The notes beneath the pieces are model-generated. The model made no database searches. It saw only the letters and a list, made by a program, of their open reading frames with translations, and was not told the origin of the DNA. Shown piece by piece: positions 17,065 to 25,547 of a stretch of 36,900 nucleotides of DNA. Origin of the DNA: a virus (taxonomy: Duplodnaviria; Caudoviricetes); IMG/VR virus record IMGVR_UViG_3300037483_000185, positions 1 through 36,900 of that record; one strand, given 5' to 3'. The translations under genes were made by a program, and so were the position numbers. Position 1 is the stretch's first letter; every line of letters begins with the position of its first letter.

Positions 17065-17381
17065 CGGGTCCTCTCTTTCCCCTCGGGTTGTAATTCAAGT
17101 TCCTCTAACTTCTTCAACTCCCCGTAAATAAGTATTCCCTTGGCCCTAATTTTTTGTATGTATGAAGTCAGGTCTGGGCGTTTTGCTTCAAGGAACTCCA
17201 TATAACTACCGCACCCGTCCAGAATCTCCTCCTGCGCCTCCCTTGACATGCACCGCTTATCCTTGCTGGGGATGAACTCGCCATACGTCGCCACCCCGTG
17301 CGCAATCCGGTCCTGATACCGGCTGTAAAACTCCTGCGCCAACGCCAGGTGAGACTTATGGGCGGGAACTTTAGCCATCAA
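17061..17381 (-). CDS. MazG-like all-alpha NTP pyrophosphohydrolase-family protein
   Basis: RIAHGVATYG...D...EAQEEILD...Y pattern. Confidence 0.45.
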   Translation of the reverse strand: MMAKVPAHKSHLALAQEFYSRYQDRIAHGVATYGEFIPSKDKRCMSREAQEEILDGCGSYMEFLEAKRPDLTSYIQKIRAKGILIYGELKKLEELELQPEGKERTR

Positions 17382-17521
17382 TCAACCGCCTCCGGCTCGA
17401 GATCGTCATCCTCACTGCTGAACCACACGCCGGTCGCTGCCGATAACAACGCTTGGAGGACCACATTTTCGTCGGCGAGCTCGGCGACCAGATCCTGGTT
17501 GAAAGGGTGTGTTACGGGCAT
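17378..17521 (-). CDS. small acidic hypothetical (47 aa)
   Basis: MPVTHPF...EPEAVD, overlap with downstream gene. Confidence 0.4.
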   Translation of the reverse strand: MPVTHPFNQDLVAELADENVVLQALLSAATGVWFSSEDDDLEPEAVD

Positions 17522-17753
17522 AGGCGGGTAAATGATATCTGATAATAATTCCTGCACTCCTCCCGAAGGATGATCCGCAACTCCATGATGCTATCCGCGA
17601 TCGCCACGCGAACGCGCTTGTTCGTCACCTTACATGTCCCGGTGATTTCGTACATAATTTTGTCCACGGCCCCCGCAGCCGCCCGTCAATCAGGTGGCAT
17701 CTGTTGTATGATTGCGCCCCTTGAGGTTCATGGCCACACGGGGTCGTGGGCAT

Positions 17754-17787
17754 AAAAAAAGCCCGAACTGTAGAGACAGTTCGAGCC
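17754..17787 (-). terminator. rho-independent terminator directly after promoter
   Basis: GCTCGAACTGT-ctct-ACAGTTCGGGC-TTTTTTT. Confidence 0.8.
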
Positions 17788-17796
17788 AACGGACAG

Positions 17797-17878
17797 ATTG
17801 TACCACAATCGGTACACCGATGTCAAGTGCACTTACGGCGGCGGGGCGGCACCGGGGCGGTGTACCGTTTCTGGTACA
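17797..17878 (-). promoter_or_regulatory. sigma70 promoter with two TGTACC-N6-GGTACA operator-like palindromes
   Basis: TTGACA(17826-21)-18 nt-TACAAT(17802-797); palindromes at 17799-17816 and 17861-17878. Confidence 0.7.
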
Positions 17879-17954
17879 TCCTGGGGGGAGGCGAAAATGC
17901 GCGGAACACAGATATACTGCGCCACCCACGCCCCTGCTCCAGAACCGACTAAAT

Positions 17955-18257
17955 TTATGGCGGCCACAAGGGTTCTGCGGCCTTCCTTACCAATTCGCAA
18001 TATTCTTCCGGGGTGAGAATTACAATGTCTACGGAGTATTCCTTCTCTTTGGGCATCAAAGGGACGATTCCTCCCCCGATACGATCTGCTTTCACTTTGT
18101 TCTGATATGGCAACCACCTTGACTCGATAAAACGGTCAATAATTGCGACGGCGACCTTCCTGGATAGGTCCGCTTTTGCGAAACGCTCCATATCAATGGC
18201 GGCATCCGCAATCGCCTGTTCGGTAACGATCACATTGCAGTACAGTCGATTATTCAT
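17955..18257 (-). CDS. hypothetical protein
   Basis: MNNRLYC start with SD AGGAG. Confidence 0.5.
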   Translation of the reverse strand: MNNRLYCNVIVTEQAIADAAIDMERFAKADLSRKVAVAIIDRFIESRWLPYQNKVKADRIGGGIVPLMPKEKEYSVDIVILTPEEYCELVRKAAEPLWPP

Positions 18258-18447
18258 TCTCCTTCTCCCCGTACTTCTTCGGCTTCTCGGGCGCCTTTCT
18301 GATGACATACCCCATCCAGCCGGCCTGTTGCCACACATATTTCCCGGTGCCGACAAGATGGTTGGCCGCTTGAAACCCGAAATAGCCGAGCATTCCATCC
18401 ATGTCCACAAACCCGTTGGAGGTTGCCAGCGCCTCGTTTTCGGTCAT
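18250..18447 (-). CDS. hypothetical protein
   Basis: SD GAGGTG, 65 aa. Confidence 0.5.
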   Translation of the reverse strand: MTENEALATSNGFVDMDGMLGYFGFQAANHLVGTGKYVWQQAGWMGYVIRKAPEKPKKYGEKENE

Positions 18448-18448
18448 C

Positions 18449-18688
18449 TTATTTCACCTCGCCTTCTTCGGCTTCTTGATACTTCTTCGGCTTCTCGGTA
18501 TCCCATTTTCGCGTCTTGCATTCCGGGCACGAGACCGGCTTCTCCTTGCGGGGAACCCAAGAATATCCGCAGCGGAGGCAGGTAAGCATCGGGGTGTCCT
18601 CTTTGCCTGGACTGCACTTTGGGCATTCCATATCGCCGAACAGTTCGTACCCGCAAGCCCCGCAATAATGGATCAATCGTCCGCCCAT
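18449..18688 (-). CDS. double zinc-ribbon protein
   Basis: CGAC..CPKC..CLRCGYSW..CPECKTRKWD. Confidence 0.6.
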   Translation of the reverse strand: MGGRLIHYCGACGYELFGDMECPKCSPGKEDTPMLTCLRCGYSWVPRKEKPVSCPECKTRKWDTEKPKKYQEAEEGEVK

Positions 18689-19008
18689 TAGCCCTCCTTC
18701 AAGTACGCGACCACCGTAATGGCGATCTCCCTAAAATACCCTTTGTCCCCCTCAGACACGTCTTCCCATATTTTCGGCACCGGCCCGGTCCTGCTCTCCG
18801 CATTGTAATCGCTGTATAACATCTCGTTCCCGAACAGGGCCTTCGCCAACCCGTCTACGTCGATCCGGGAGGCGACGGTGCGGAGGGCCTTCAGTTCATC
18901 ATCGGCGGCAAACACGCCATCCCTTGTATCTTCGTCACCAAATGCGAAGGGCCATTTCCTGTAAACTCCCACGAAGGCGTCCCACGCCTTCTGCTCGTCA
19001 GTGGTCAT
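18688..19008 (-). CDS. hypothetical protein
   Basis: MTTDEQKAW start, ATGA overlap. Confidence 0.5.
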   Translation of the reverse strand: MTTDEQKAWDAFVGVYRKWPFAFGDEDTRDGVFAADDELKALRTVASRIDVDGLAKALFGNEMLYSDYNAESRTGPVPKIWEDVSEGDKGYFREIAITVVAYLKEG

Positions 19009-19211
19009 CCCCCCTCCCTCTCGCGGCGAAATATCCACCACTCCTGCGTCATGTCGGGCATGTTCCAACGCTTTGTTCCCACACCGACGAACTCCCATCC
19101 TTTAGCAGCCATCCAATTAAGCCAGTTCTCCACATCCCCGGCGTCTGGAATTGGACTCGTCGCCCCAACCTTCAGCGTTGGTCCACTTCGGGCACAGTAT
19201 TCGTATTTCAT
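19005..19211 (-). CDS. DUF4177-like small protein
   Basis: MKYEY...LNWMAAKGWEFVGV...IFRR pattern. Confidence 0.6.
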   Translation of the reverse strand: MKYEYCARSGPTLKVGATSPIPDAGDVENWLNWMAAKGWEFVGVGTKRWNMPDMTQEWWIFRREREGG

Positions 19212-19384
19212 TTCTTTTTCTTTCCGGGCTTTCGCTTCGGGAAAACGTCATTCTTCTTTTCTGATTTATCGGCCTCGCTTGAACATGAGGCGCAAAGGCG
19301 CGGGAACCCTCCGCCTTCGTCGATGAACTCCCCGCATTGTTCGCATAAAGTCCCGTCCAACATCATGTCGGCGATCTCGCCCAT
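19208..19384 (-). CDS. small Cys-rich hypothetical
   Basis: MGEIADMMLDGTLCEQCG...CASC, SD GAGGAGG. Confidence 0.55.
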   Translation of the reverse strand: MGEIADMMLDGTLCEQCGEFIDEGGGFPRLCASCSSEADKSEKKNDVFPKRKPGKKKK

Positions 19385-19878
19385 TACATTTCCTCCTCGT
19401 CTACCAGCACGGTAGCAAGTAGACACGCCATTTCGTTCATTTCGTGGTCGAACATGGTGATGGGTTCTGGTCCGCAATCGGGCGCCGCTTGCCCAAGGCT
19501 TACGTTATCGGCCATCCACTTCTGCGCCACTTGGACCGCATCTCGCAATCGCTTCACCTCAATAGCGTGGCGACATGGCGCGGTTGAATTAAGAATCTTC
19601 AGCAACCCCTTGGCGGAAAGGTATCCATCCACAAGCGAGGCTTCCGCCTCGTCCCTTACCGTGCAAAGTATTCCGCACACTTCGACATGCGATTGCTCCA
19701 GCGTCAGGTGGCCATACAAATCATTTTCGAGTTCCGCACAGCGGGACTCCGCCTTGACGCACCTTTCCAAGAGAGAGAATGCTTCATTTATTTGATGGAG
19801 GAGTTTCGCACCAAGAGCGTCAATCTTAGCGTCCTTCTTCTCGCACCGAACACACGGCTCTGTTGGGTAATCGCTCAT
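19384..19878 (-). CDS. hypothetical coiled-coil protein
   Basis: 164 aa, coupled overlaps. Confidence 0.5.
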   Translation of the reverse strand: MSDYPTEPCVRCEKKDAKIDALGAKLLHQINEAFSLLERCVKAESRCAELENDLYGHLTLEQSHVEVCGILCTVRDEAEASLVDGYLSAKGLLKILNSTAPCRHAIEVKRLRDAVQVAQKWMADNVSLGQAAPDCGPEPITMFDHEMNEMACLLATVLVDEEEM

Positions 19879-20066
19879 TTAATCCCCCTGACAACAACGG
19901 CATACCCCTTCCCTGTTTTGCTCCCCGTAGCCTCTTCGCAAGCTTTCGCGCCCTCCTCCCGCACGGCACAGATAAGCGCGGAGATTGCCTTGTTTATTTT
20001 CCTCCTTCGCTGGATGGTCCCATCATTCGCCCACTCCCTCAACGCCCTCTCTTCGGGCAACATCAC
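19875..20066 (-). CDS. hypothetical protein
   Basis: Coupled overlaps. Confidence 0.45.
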   Translation of the reverse strand: MMLPEERALREWANDGTIQRRRKINKAISALICAVREEGAKACEEATGSKTGKGYAVVVRGIK

Positions 20067-20362
20067 CCCTCCCTGTAAGCGCGTAAGACGGCCCGCGCTT
20101 GTTCAACAAGATAAGGCGGTACGGAGTTTCCTGTTTCATGGGCGTGGAAATATATCCGCAGTGACGCACCCATCGCGTCCAAGTGGGCGCGGAGGGCGGC
20201 ATTCTCCTTGTCTAAATCCTTCGCCATATCGTGCAACCCGAGGGCGGCATCCCTGGCCTCCCCGCCATAGCACTCAGGGCACAGTCTCCCCGGCTCATTC
20301 GCGGATTCCTCGCTCCATGCGTCATACGCTTTCTCGCATGAGGTACAAGTCGTAATCGGCAT
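20063..20362 (-). CDS. hypothetical Cys-containing protein
   Basis: MPITTCTSC...LCPEC, SD AGGAGG. Confidence 0.5.
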   Translation of the reverse strand: MPITTCTSCEKAYDAWSEESANEPGRLCPECYGGEARDAALGLHDMAKDLDKENAALRAHLDAMGASLRIYFHAHETGNSVPPYLVEQARAVLRAYREG

Positions 20363-20370
20363 TGCCCCTC

Positions 20371-20652
20371 CTACCCCGCGGATTTCATTGAGACCCGTTT
20401 CCACCACCAGAGACTCCTCCCGCCATGGCCAATATCGGGTAGGTGGACAATAATAAACCGTCCTCGGGCGTACGATAATTTTTCCGCCCTGCGGAACCCA
20501 TTTAACCGGAATTGCTTTCCCGTATCGTCGACAACAAAGTGACGATCCCCGCGGCGCCCATCATAAAACCCAACAGCCCACTGATCGCCAGGATCACCAT
20601 CCGGCCACTTCGTCGCCAGAACATAATCGCCCTTCTCGATCGTCCTCGCCAT
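20371..20652 (-). CDS. hypothetical protein with own promoter
   Basis: MARTIEKGDYVLATKWPDGDPGDQWAVGFY; TTGACA-17-TATTAT promoter directly upstream. Confidence 0.6.
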   Translation of the reverse strand: MARTIEKGDYVLATKWPDGDPGDQWAVGFYDGRRGDRHFVVDDTGKQFRLNGFRRAEKLSYARGRFIIVHLPDIGHGGRSLWWWKRVSMKSAG

Positions 20653-20661
20653 GACGAGATA

Positions 20662-20690
20662 ATAATAATATATCATTGCGGCAATGTCAA
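20662..20690 (-). promoter_or_regulatory. sigma70 promoter
   Basis: TTGACA-17 nt-TATTAT, 9 nt before ATG. Confidence 0.65.
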
Positions 20691-20696
20691 GGGGGG

Positions 20697-21701
20697 CTAC
20701 GCGCTTATGGCGAGGCCGAGGGCTGGCTGGAAGGGGGCGGATAATTTGTTGCTCTTACTTATGTTTGCCTCTGCCCACATGGGTTGCAAATTGCTGATCG
20801 CCCAACATCGCCTGAAGTCGATGTCATACTCCGTAGTGAAGTTAAATGCCGATACCGGGATCTCATGGTCAATGTGTATCTCGCCATTGAGAAAACGCTT
20901 CCAAGTCATCCCCTTCGTGAACCGCTTCTCCAGGTGTGTCTTCAGGTCGCCGGGGGAGTAATCGAGAAGGGTGGACCACTTCTTGCCCCCTTTCCCGCGC
21001 TTCAATGAACTAAATATCAAATATCTCATCCTGTTTTTGATATTAAAATGGACATCGGTTCTTCTTCGTTCTGTCTCTTGCGCCCGACGAAGGGGTTTAT
21101 TCCGCTCTTGCCGCGCCCTATCTTGGGCGGCGTGGACGATGCGCTGTTTCTTTTTGTAGGCTTTCCCGGCGGGAGTCTTTATGTATTTTAGCTGTTTCGC
21201 GGTCGCGCACGGCTTACATGTGTTGCCAAAACCGTCGCACGCGCTGGCGCTGTTGTAATAATTGTCCGGGGTCATCGCCTTGTATTCCTTGCAGACCCAA
21301 CACCGCTTCATCGTAACTCCATCGACAACGGGGCGGTTCCGCTTTATTCTTTCAGCGTCGATCCTGCGGCGAGAACAAATGTGGGAGCAATACATTTGCT
21401 TCTTAAATCGCACCGTATATTTTTGCCCACATAAGCCGCAATTTCTTTCGCCATAGGATCTAACCTTGCGGAAAAATTCATTGTCGTATTTTCTTCTGCA
21501 TTCGCAAGAACAGTATTTCTTCTTCCGCCCCGCGAACTCCGCGCCGCACTGGAGGCAGGCGTTTGCCGCAGCACTATTCGGCCCACGGTGCGCCCTACTG
21601 CGTTCCCTTGACATTTCCCTGTTCGCGTCCGACCTGCACTTCTCCCCGCAATATTTCCTTTTGCGGCCTTCAAATTCCCTCTTACACTGGGGGCAGATCA
21701 T
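20697..21701 (-). CDS. free-standing HNH/endonuclease VII-like homing endonuclease with repeated Zn modules
   Basis: Three CxxC..YC..C repeats plus C-terminal GMTW..HIDHEIP..NLQPMW..NISK, same domain as 8577-9302. Confidence 0.8.
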   Translation of the reverse strand: MICPQCKREFEGRKRKYCGEKCRSDANREMSRERSRAHRGPNSAAANACLQCGAEFAGRKKKYCSCECRRKYDNEFFRKVRSYGERNCGLCGQKYTVRFKKQMYCSHICSRRRIDAERIKRNRPVVDGVTMKRCWVCKEYKAMTPDNYYNSASACDGFGNTCKPCATAKQLKYIKTPAGKAYKKKQRIVHAAQDRARQERNKPLRRAQETERRRTDVHFNIKNRMRYLIFSSLKRGKGGKKWSTLLDYSPGDLKTHLEKRFTKGMTWKRFLNGEIHIDHEIPVSAFNFTTEYDIDFRRCWAISNLQPMWAEANISKSNKLSAPFQPALGLAISA

Positions 21702-21737
21702 AGAAATAAAGTATACCACAAACGGCAATCAAGTCAA
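21702..21737 (-). promoter_or_regulatory. sigma70 leaderless promoter
   Basis: TTGACT-16 nt-TATACT (TGn extended)-8 nt-ATG. Confidence 0.6.
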
Positions 21738-22342
21738 AGCGGTTCCCGGGGGAGAAATACCCCCACCCGCGTGAGGCCACCGAAACCCACCAAAGTCTGC
21801 CGAACCCGCCTCACGCTCCGCCAGCCCCCCCGGGGGGTTGCACAGACGCCCGGAGCACCAACCCATTGATTATGCATGATATTTGTAAAATACCGCCACA
21901 ATCTGGCGAAATCCGCAAAAAAGGGGGACCAAAGTTGCGAACCGCGCATGCTAGCATTCTTGGGACCATCCGGTTGCCGGGGCTGTCGTTGCAGAGGCTT
22001 GACCCCCCCTCCCAAGTACCTGTATTCGTTTATGTTTCCCTATTCTATAACGTTCTATCGTACAGTACAACACATCCCGCATTATTCCACTTACCCCATT
22101 ATGAAACGACGCATCGTACATTAAAACGGTATCCCACTGTTCTATATTCCCGCGGTATCGTACCCGCTCGTACCAGGTCGACGGATCCGACCGTCCGGAT
22201 GGTCGAGGGTATCCCGTTCCTCGATCCTGGGGGCTCCTGGGCTATGGGCGCCGCATTCCTTGAGCCCCAGTCTCCAATATTTATTTTCAGCCGGTCCGGA
22301 TGATTGCGTATCATTTCGATATTCACACTCATTAGCCCATAA

Positions 22343-22448
22343 ACTGTAAAATATCCCGACATATATCGTCGGATTATTTTACAGTATATCTATATGATAT
22401 TATTACGTATGTAAAATACCCTGACATTGAGTGTCGGATAACCTTACA
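22343..22448. repeat. two related imperfect palindromes in AT-rich divergent control region
   Basis: ACTGTAAAATA-TCCCGAC-N7-GTCGGA-TTATTTTACAGT and TGTAAAATA-CCCTGACA-N5-TGTCGGA-TAACCTTACA. Confidence 0.7.
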
Positions 22449-22477
22449 ATTTGCACCGATTACGTTATTGCATTCCT

Positions 22478-22511
22478 TTTATATTCAATGCTTTATATGG
22501 TATATTACAAT
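22478..22511 (+). promoter_or_regulatory. candidate promoter of plus-strand small-gene operon
   Basis: TGG-TATATT / TACAAT -10-like boxes in AT-rich tract upstream of first gene. Confidence 0.35.
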
Positions 22512-22632
22512 GGCATCATGTATGCATCATATATAGGCAAGAGTCCGGGCGATTCGACGAATAAACGGAGCGTCGACGATGCGAGACCTTCCCGGATCCG
22601 ACGGAAACATAAAACGAGAGGAGGGAAAGAAA

Positions 22633-22755
22633 ATGAACATGTTCGACTGTGCAAGCATGGAGGGAGAATTCGGCGCCCGGTTTTTCGGCGTATCTTCGGC
22701 CGCTGTGTCCGCGATCTTGCACGATAACCGGATCATCGACAGCGAAGGGAGATAA
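22633..22755 (+). CDS. small hypothetical (40 aa)
   Basis: SD AGGAGG, MNMFDCASMEGEF. Confidence 0.5.
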   Translation: MNMFDCASMEGEFGARFFGVSSAAVSAILHDNRIIDSEGR

Positions 22756-22760
22756 TCAAC

Positions 22761-22859
22761 ATGAACCTCGCCCTTAGTCTACTGGTACTCCCCGGATTCA
22801 TCGCATTCGGCGCCGCATGTTTCTACGTGTTTACGGTTTGCATGTTTATTATCGGATAG
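22761..22859 (+). CDS. single-TM peptide (32 aa)
   Basis: MNLALSLLVLPGFIAFGAACFYVFTVCMFIIG, SD GGAG. Confidence 0.5.
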   Translation: MNLALSLLVLPGFIAFGAACFYVFTVCMFIIG

Positions 22860-22870
22860 GAGGGGAAGAA

Positions 22871-23071
22871 ATGTGGCGAACAAGTAAGGAAAAGAAGTTC
22901 CGGCCGCACAAGTTGGCGCCCGAAACTAAGGTGCAATATGGTGGATTGGTGGGCAATGTTTACGAGCGATGGTACGATGCGGCGGGCGATAACTATTACA
23001 CGGTCCGATGGGATAACGGGAAAGCATTCTCTGTTAGGGAATCCGAGCTTATCGTATTGCGCGCAAAATAA
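22871..23071 (+). CDS. small SH3-like beta protein
   Basis: SD AGGAGG; GNVYER...YTVRWDNG...VRESEL. Confidence 0.6.
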   Translation: MWRTSKEKKFRPHKLAPETKVQYGGLVGNVYERWYDAAGDNYYTVRWDNGKAFSVRESELIVLRAK

Positions 23072-23087
23072 ACCAGGAGGAAAGAAG

Positions 23088-23318
23088 ATGGCGCGATTAA
23101 TTACTTATGATTCGCAGGGAAGGGAAATCGAGGTCCGCCTTTTTACCTGTGCCCATCCTGCAATTTTCGCGGGATACCGTTCCGGCCGTGATTTCCACGT
23201 TATAGAAGACGAAGGAATGCGGCCGATGCTGTACTGGAATGGAATCCGATCCCATGCAGACCGGCCGATGTTCGCCATTAAGATGCGCCGCGAGATGCGC
23301 CGGAAGTTGGGATACTAA
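23088..23318 (+). CDS. hypothetical protein
   Basis: SD AGGAGG, MARLITYDSQG. Confidence 0.6.
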   Translation: MARLITYDSQGREIEVRLFTCAHPAIFAGYRSGRDFHVIEDEGMRPMLYWNGIRSHADRPMFAIKMRREMRRKLGY

Positions 23319-23343
23319 CCCATAAACCAGGAGGAGAATAACC

Positions 23344-23655
23344 ATGAACTATTATTCCCCATCGGTCCGGAATCTGTTCGCCATAAAACGATACTTTACC
23401 GAACATCCGGACGGGAAGGTACCTATGGATTGGTGCACGTCATACGATCGGGAGGAATGGAGCCGGTTTTTCGTGGAATGCTTGAACCGAAAAATAAACA
23501 GGAACGAAACCCCCCGCGGCCGGAAGGACTGCCCGGAATGGTTCAACGACATGCGTCGGGCGTCCCGCGACCTGAACCGGCCGCGCCTTGCGATCCACTG
23601 GTTGCCAATGGAATTACGGAATCGATTCGCGCATAGAATATCAGACGCAGCGTGA
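23344..23655 (+). CDS. hypothetical protein
   Basis: SD AGGAGG, 103 aa. Confidence 0.65.
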   Translation: MNYYSPSVRNLFAIKRYFTEHPDGKVPMDWCTSYDREEWSRFFVECLNRKINRNETPRGRKDCPEWFNDMRRASRDLNRPRLAIHWLPMELRNRFAHRISDAA

Positions 23656-23704
23656 AAGGGAATACCGCGGAAAGGGAATACAAATAAAAAGGAGGATTCA
23701 GGAA

Positions 23705-24004
23705 ATGATTATCATCGACGCGAAACGCTGGTTTGATCGGAAATACGGGAATACTTATCATTCGGTCTCCGTCAACGTGGATGGTAAGCATATCGGCCGC
23801 GCGGATTTCGCCTATGGATATGGGGAACAGTATCTCCAGTCCGCACATGAAATCCTGATGGATGCCGGTATATTCCCGCGGACTGGGGAACATTTCAAGA
23901 GTGGAGCAGATAAGGATTATTCCGGATTCATGGATGATATGAGGAATAATCGGGAAAAGTACCACGTTACATGTGCGGACGTTTCGAGGAAAAAGGATCT
24001 ATAA
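23705..24004 (+). CDS. hypothetical protein
   Basis: SD AAGGAGG; RWFDRKYGNTYHSV...FAYGYGEQY...VSRKKDL. Confidence 0.7.
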   Translation: MIIIDAKRWFDRKYGNTYHSVSVNVDGKHIGRADFAYGYGEQYLQSAHEILMDAGIFPRTGEHFKSGADKDYSGFMDDMRNNREKYHVTCADVSRKKDL

Positions 24005-24037
24005 GCAGGGGAATACAGACCGAAGGGAGGAAGGGGA

Positions 24038-24442
24038 ATGAAACTTTCACGGTTCATTGAATCCCGCAAGGTGAGAATGGATCCGCCGGAATATGTCGCC
24101 GATAACCCCAACATGGCGGCCGATGATGGCTGGAAACGGTCCGCCACTCACTGGAAATGTACCATCCGGCGAGGGAATAAGCAATTAACAACTTATTTCT
24201 CGCAGGGATCGGCGCACACAAAGGAACCGACACTGGCCGACATTCTTGATTGCCTTGCGTCCGATGCGGCCGGTATCGACAATGCCGGGAGCTTCGAGGA
24301 TTGGTGCGCGGAATACGGGTACGACACGGACAGCCGGAAGGCGGAAAAGACATACAAGGTATGTGAGAAACAAGCGGAATCCCTGAAACGTCTATTCGGC
24401 GACGATTTCAAAACCTTGCTGTACGACACGGAAAGGGAATAA
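24038..24442 (+). CDS. conserved-looking phage hypothetical protein
   Basis: PTLADILDCLASDA...SFEDWCAEYGYDTDSRKA motif; SD present. Confidence 0.7.
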   Translation: MKLSRFIESRKVRMDPPEYVADNPNMAADDGWKRSATHWKCTIRRGNKQLTTYFSQGSAHTKEPTLADILDCLASDAAGIDNAGSFEDWCAEYGYDTDSRKAEKTYKVCEKQAESLKRLFGDDFKTLLYDTERE

Positions 24443-24444
24443 CT

Positions 24445-24624
24445 ATGAAAATCACCATTACATTTTCGGATGATAACGCCGCATTCGAGGACAATGGAAT
24501 CAGGGAATACCGTCGTATCTTCCAGCGAATCCTGGAGCATATCGAGGACGACCGCCGCGGAAAATGGAATGTCCGCGATTCGAACGGGAATACCGTCGGA
24601 TCGGTAATGTTTGAGGTCGAATAG
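24445..24624 (+). CDS. small hypothetical (59 aa)
   Basis: MKITITFSDDNAAFED...RDSNGNTVG; not in ORF track. Confidence 0.65.
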   Translation: MKITITFSDDNAAFEDNGIREYRRIFQRILEHIEDDRRGKWNVRDSNGNTVGSVMFEVE

Positions 24625-24666
24625 GGAATACAAAACAAGGGAATACATTTTAAAGGAGGGAATAAC

Positions 24667-24882
24667 ATGGCGAAAATCACCGCATCGCATTACGTCGCTG
24701 TCGAGACGCGGGGCGATTTCTGTTTCGCATACGTCCCGGGGTACGGAACCATCGAAGAGGCACGGAGGAATATCGCGGGCCGGAATGGTGGGAACTGGAA
24801 GATAAACCGCGTCGATGGACACTACAGGAAAAACGGAACGTGGAAACGCGATGCGGAAACGACGATTGAGGTTATCAGGTAG
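24667..24882 (+). CDS. hypothetical protein
   Basis: SD AAGGAGG. Confidence 0.6.
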   Translation: MAKITASHYVAVETRGDFCFAYVPGYGTIEEARRNIAGRNGGNWKINRVDGHYRKNGTWKRDAETTIEVIR

Positions 24883-24909
24883 CAGGGAATACAAAACAAA
24901 GGAGGAAAT

Positions 24910-25269
24910 ATGTCCCGCATGGCCGAGCGTGCCGCATTGATTGAAGATGTAGAAAACTTACTGGCCGATCCCCGCGCCGGGAATCCTTCCGACCTGGAAT
25001 CTATCCTCCGCGCCTTGCGGGAATTGAAAACGGATGATTATGTCAAGGGAATGCCCGAAGTAAAACGCTGTCCGATCATCGGGGAATTGATGGGGAATCC
25101 TCACGCATGGGTTATGCGTCCCGTTTGCGAATCATGCCAGGAGGATGACGGAACGATTGATTATTACACCATCGACGGTCGGACCGACGGTAAGGGAAAC
25201 GCTATCGGCGTCCCATTGTGTCAAGATTGCATCGATAACATCCGGGCCGATATGGGAGAAAAGTTCTAA
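24910..25269 (+). CDS. hypothetical Cys-containing protein
   Basis: SD AAGGAGG; CESC...CQDC. Confidence 0.6.
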   Translation: MSRMAERAALIEDVENLLADPRAGNPSDLESILRALRELKTDDYVKGMPEVKRCPIIGELMGNPHAWVMRPVCESCQEDDGTIDYYTIDGRTDGKGNAIGVPLCQDCIDNIRADMGEKF

Positions 25270-25307
25270 CAAAACAAGGGAATACAATCTAAAGGAGGGA
25301 ATTGAAG

Positions 25308-25499
25308 ATGACAAGGTATCGTATTGTGGTCGGAGAGATCGGCAACGAGCAGGGGCATATTATCCCGACATCCGCAACCGATGACGCGCAGGCTCGGGCC
25401 GCGCTCCGTCAAGCCCTTAAGCCCTATGGCCGGGATGGGTGGGGCCGGATCGAGCGCAACGAGACGCCGGACAATGACGCCACGTGGAGCCGCGAATAG
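25308..25499 (+). CDS. hypothetical protein
   Basis: SD AAGGAGG. Confidence 0.55.
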   Translation: MTRYRIVVGEIGNEQGHIIPTSATDDAQARAALRQALKPYGRDGWGRIERNETPDNDATWSRE

Positions 25500-25547
25500 G
25501 GAATCCCCCGGGAATGGAAAGCAAGGGGAATAAAATCTGAAAGGAGA

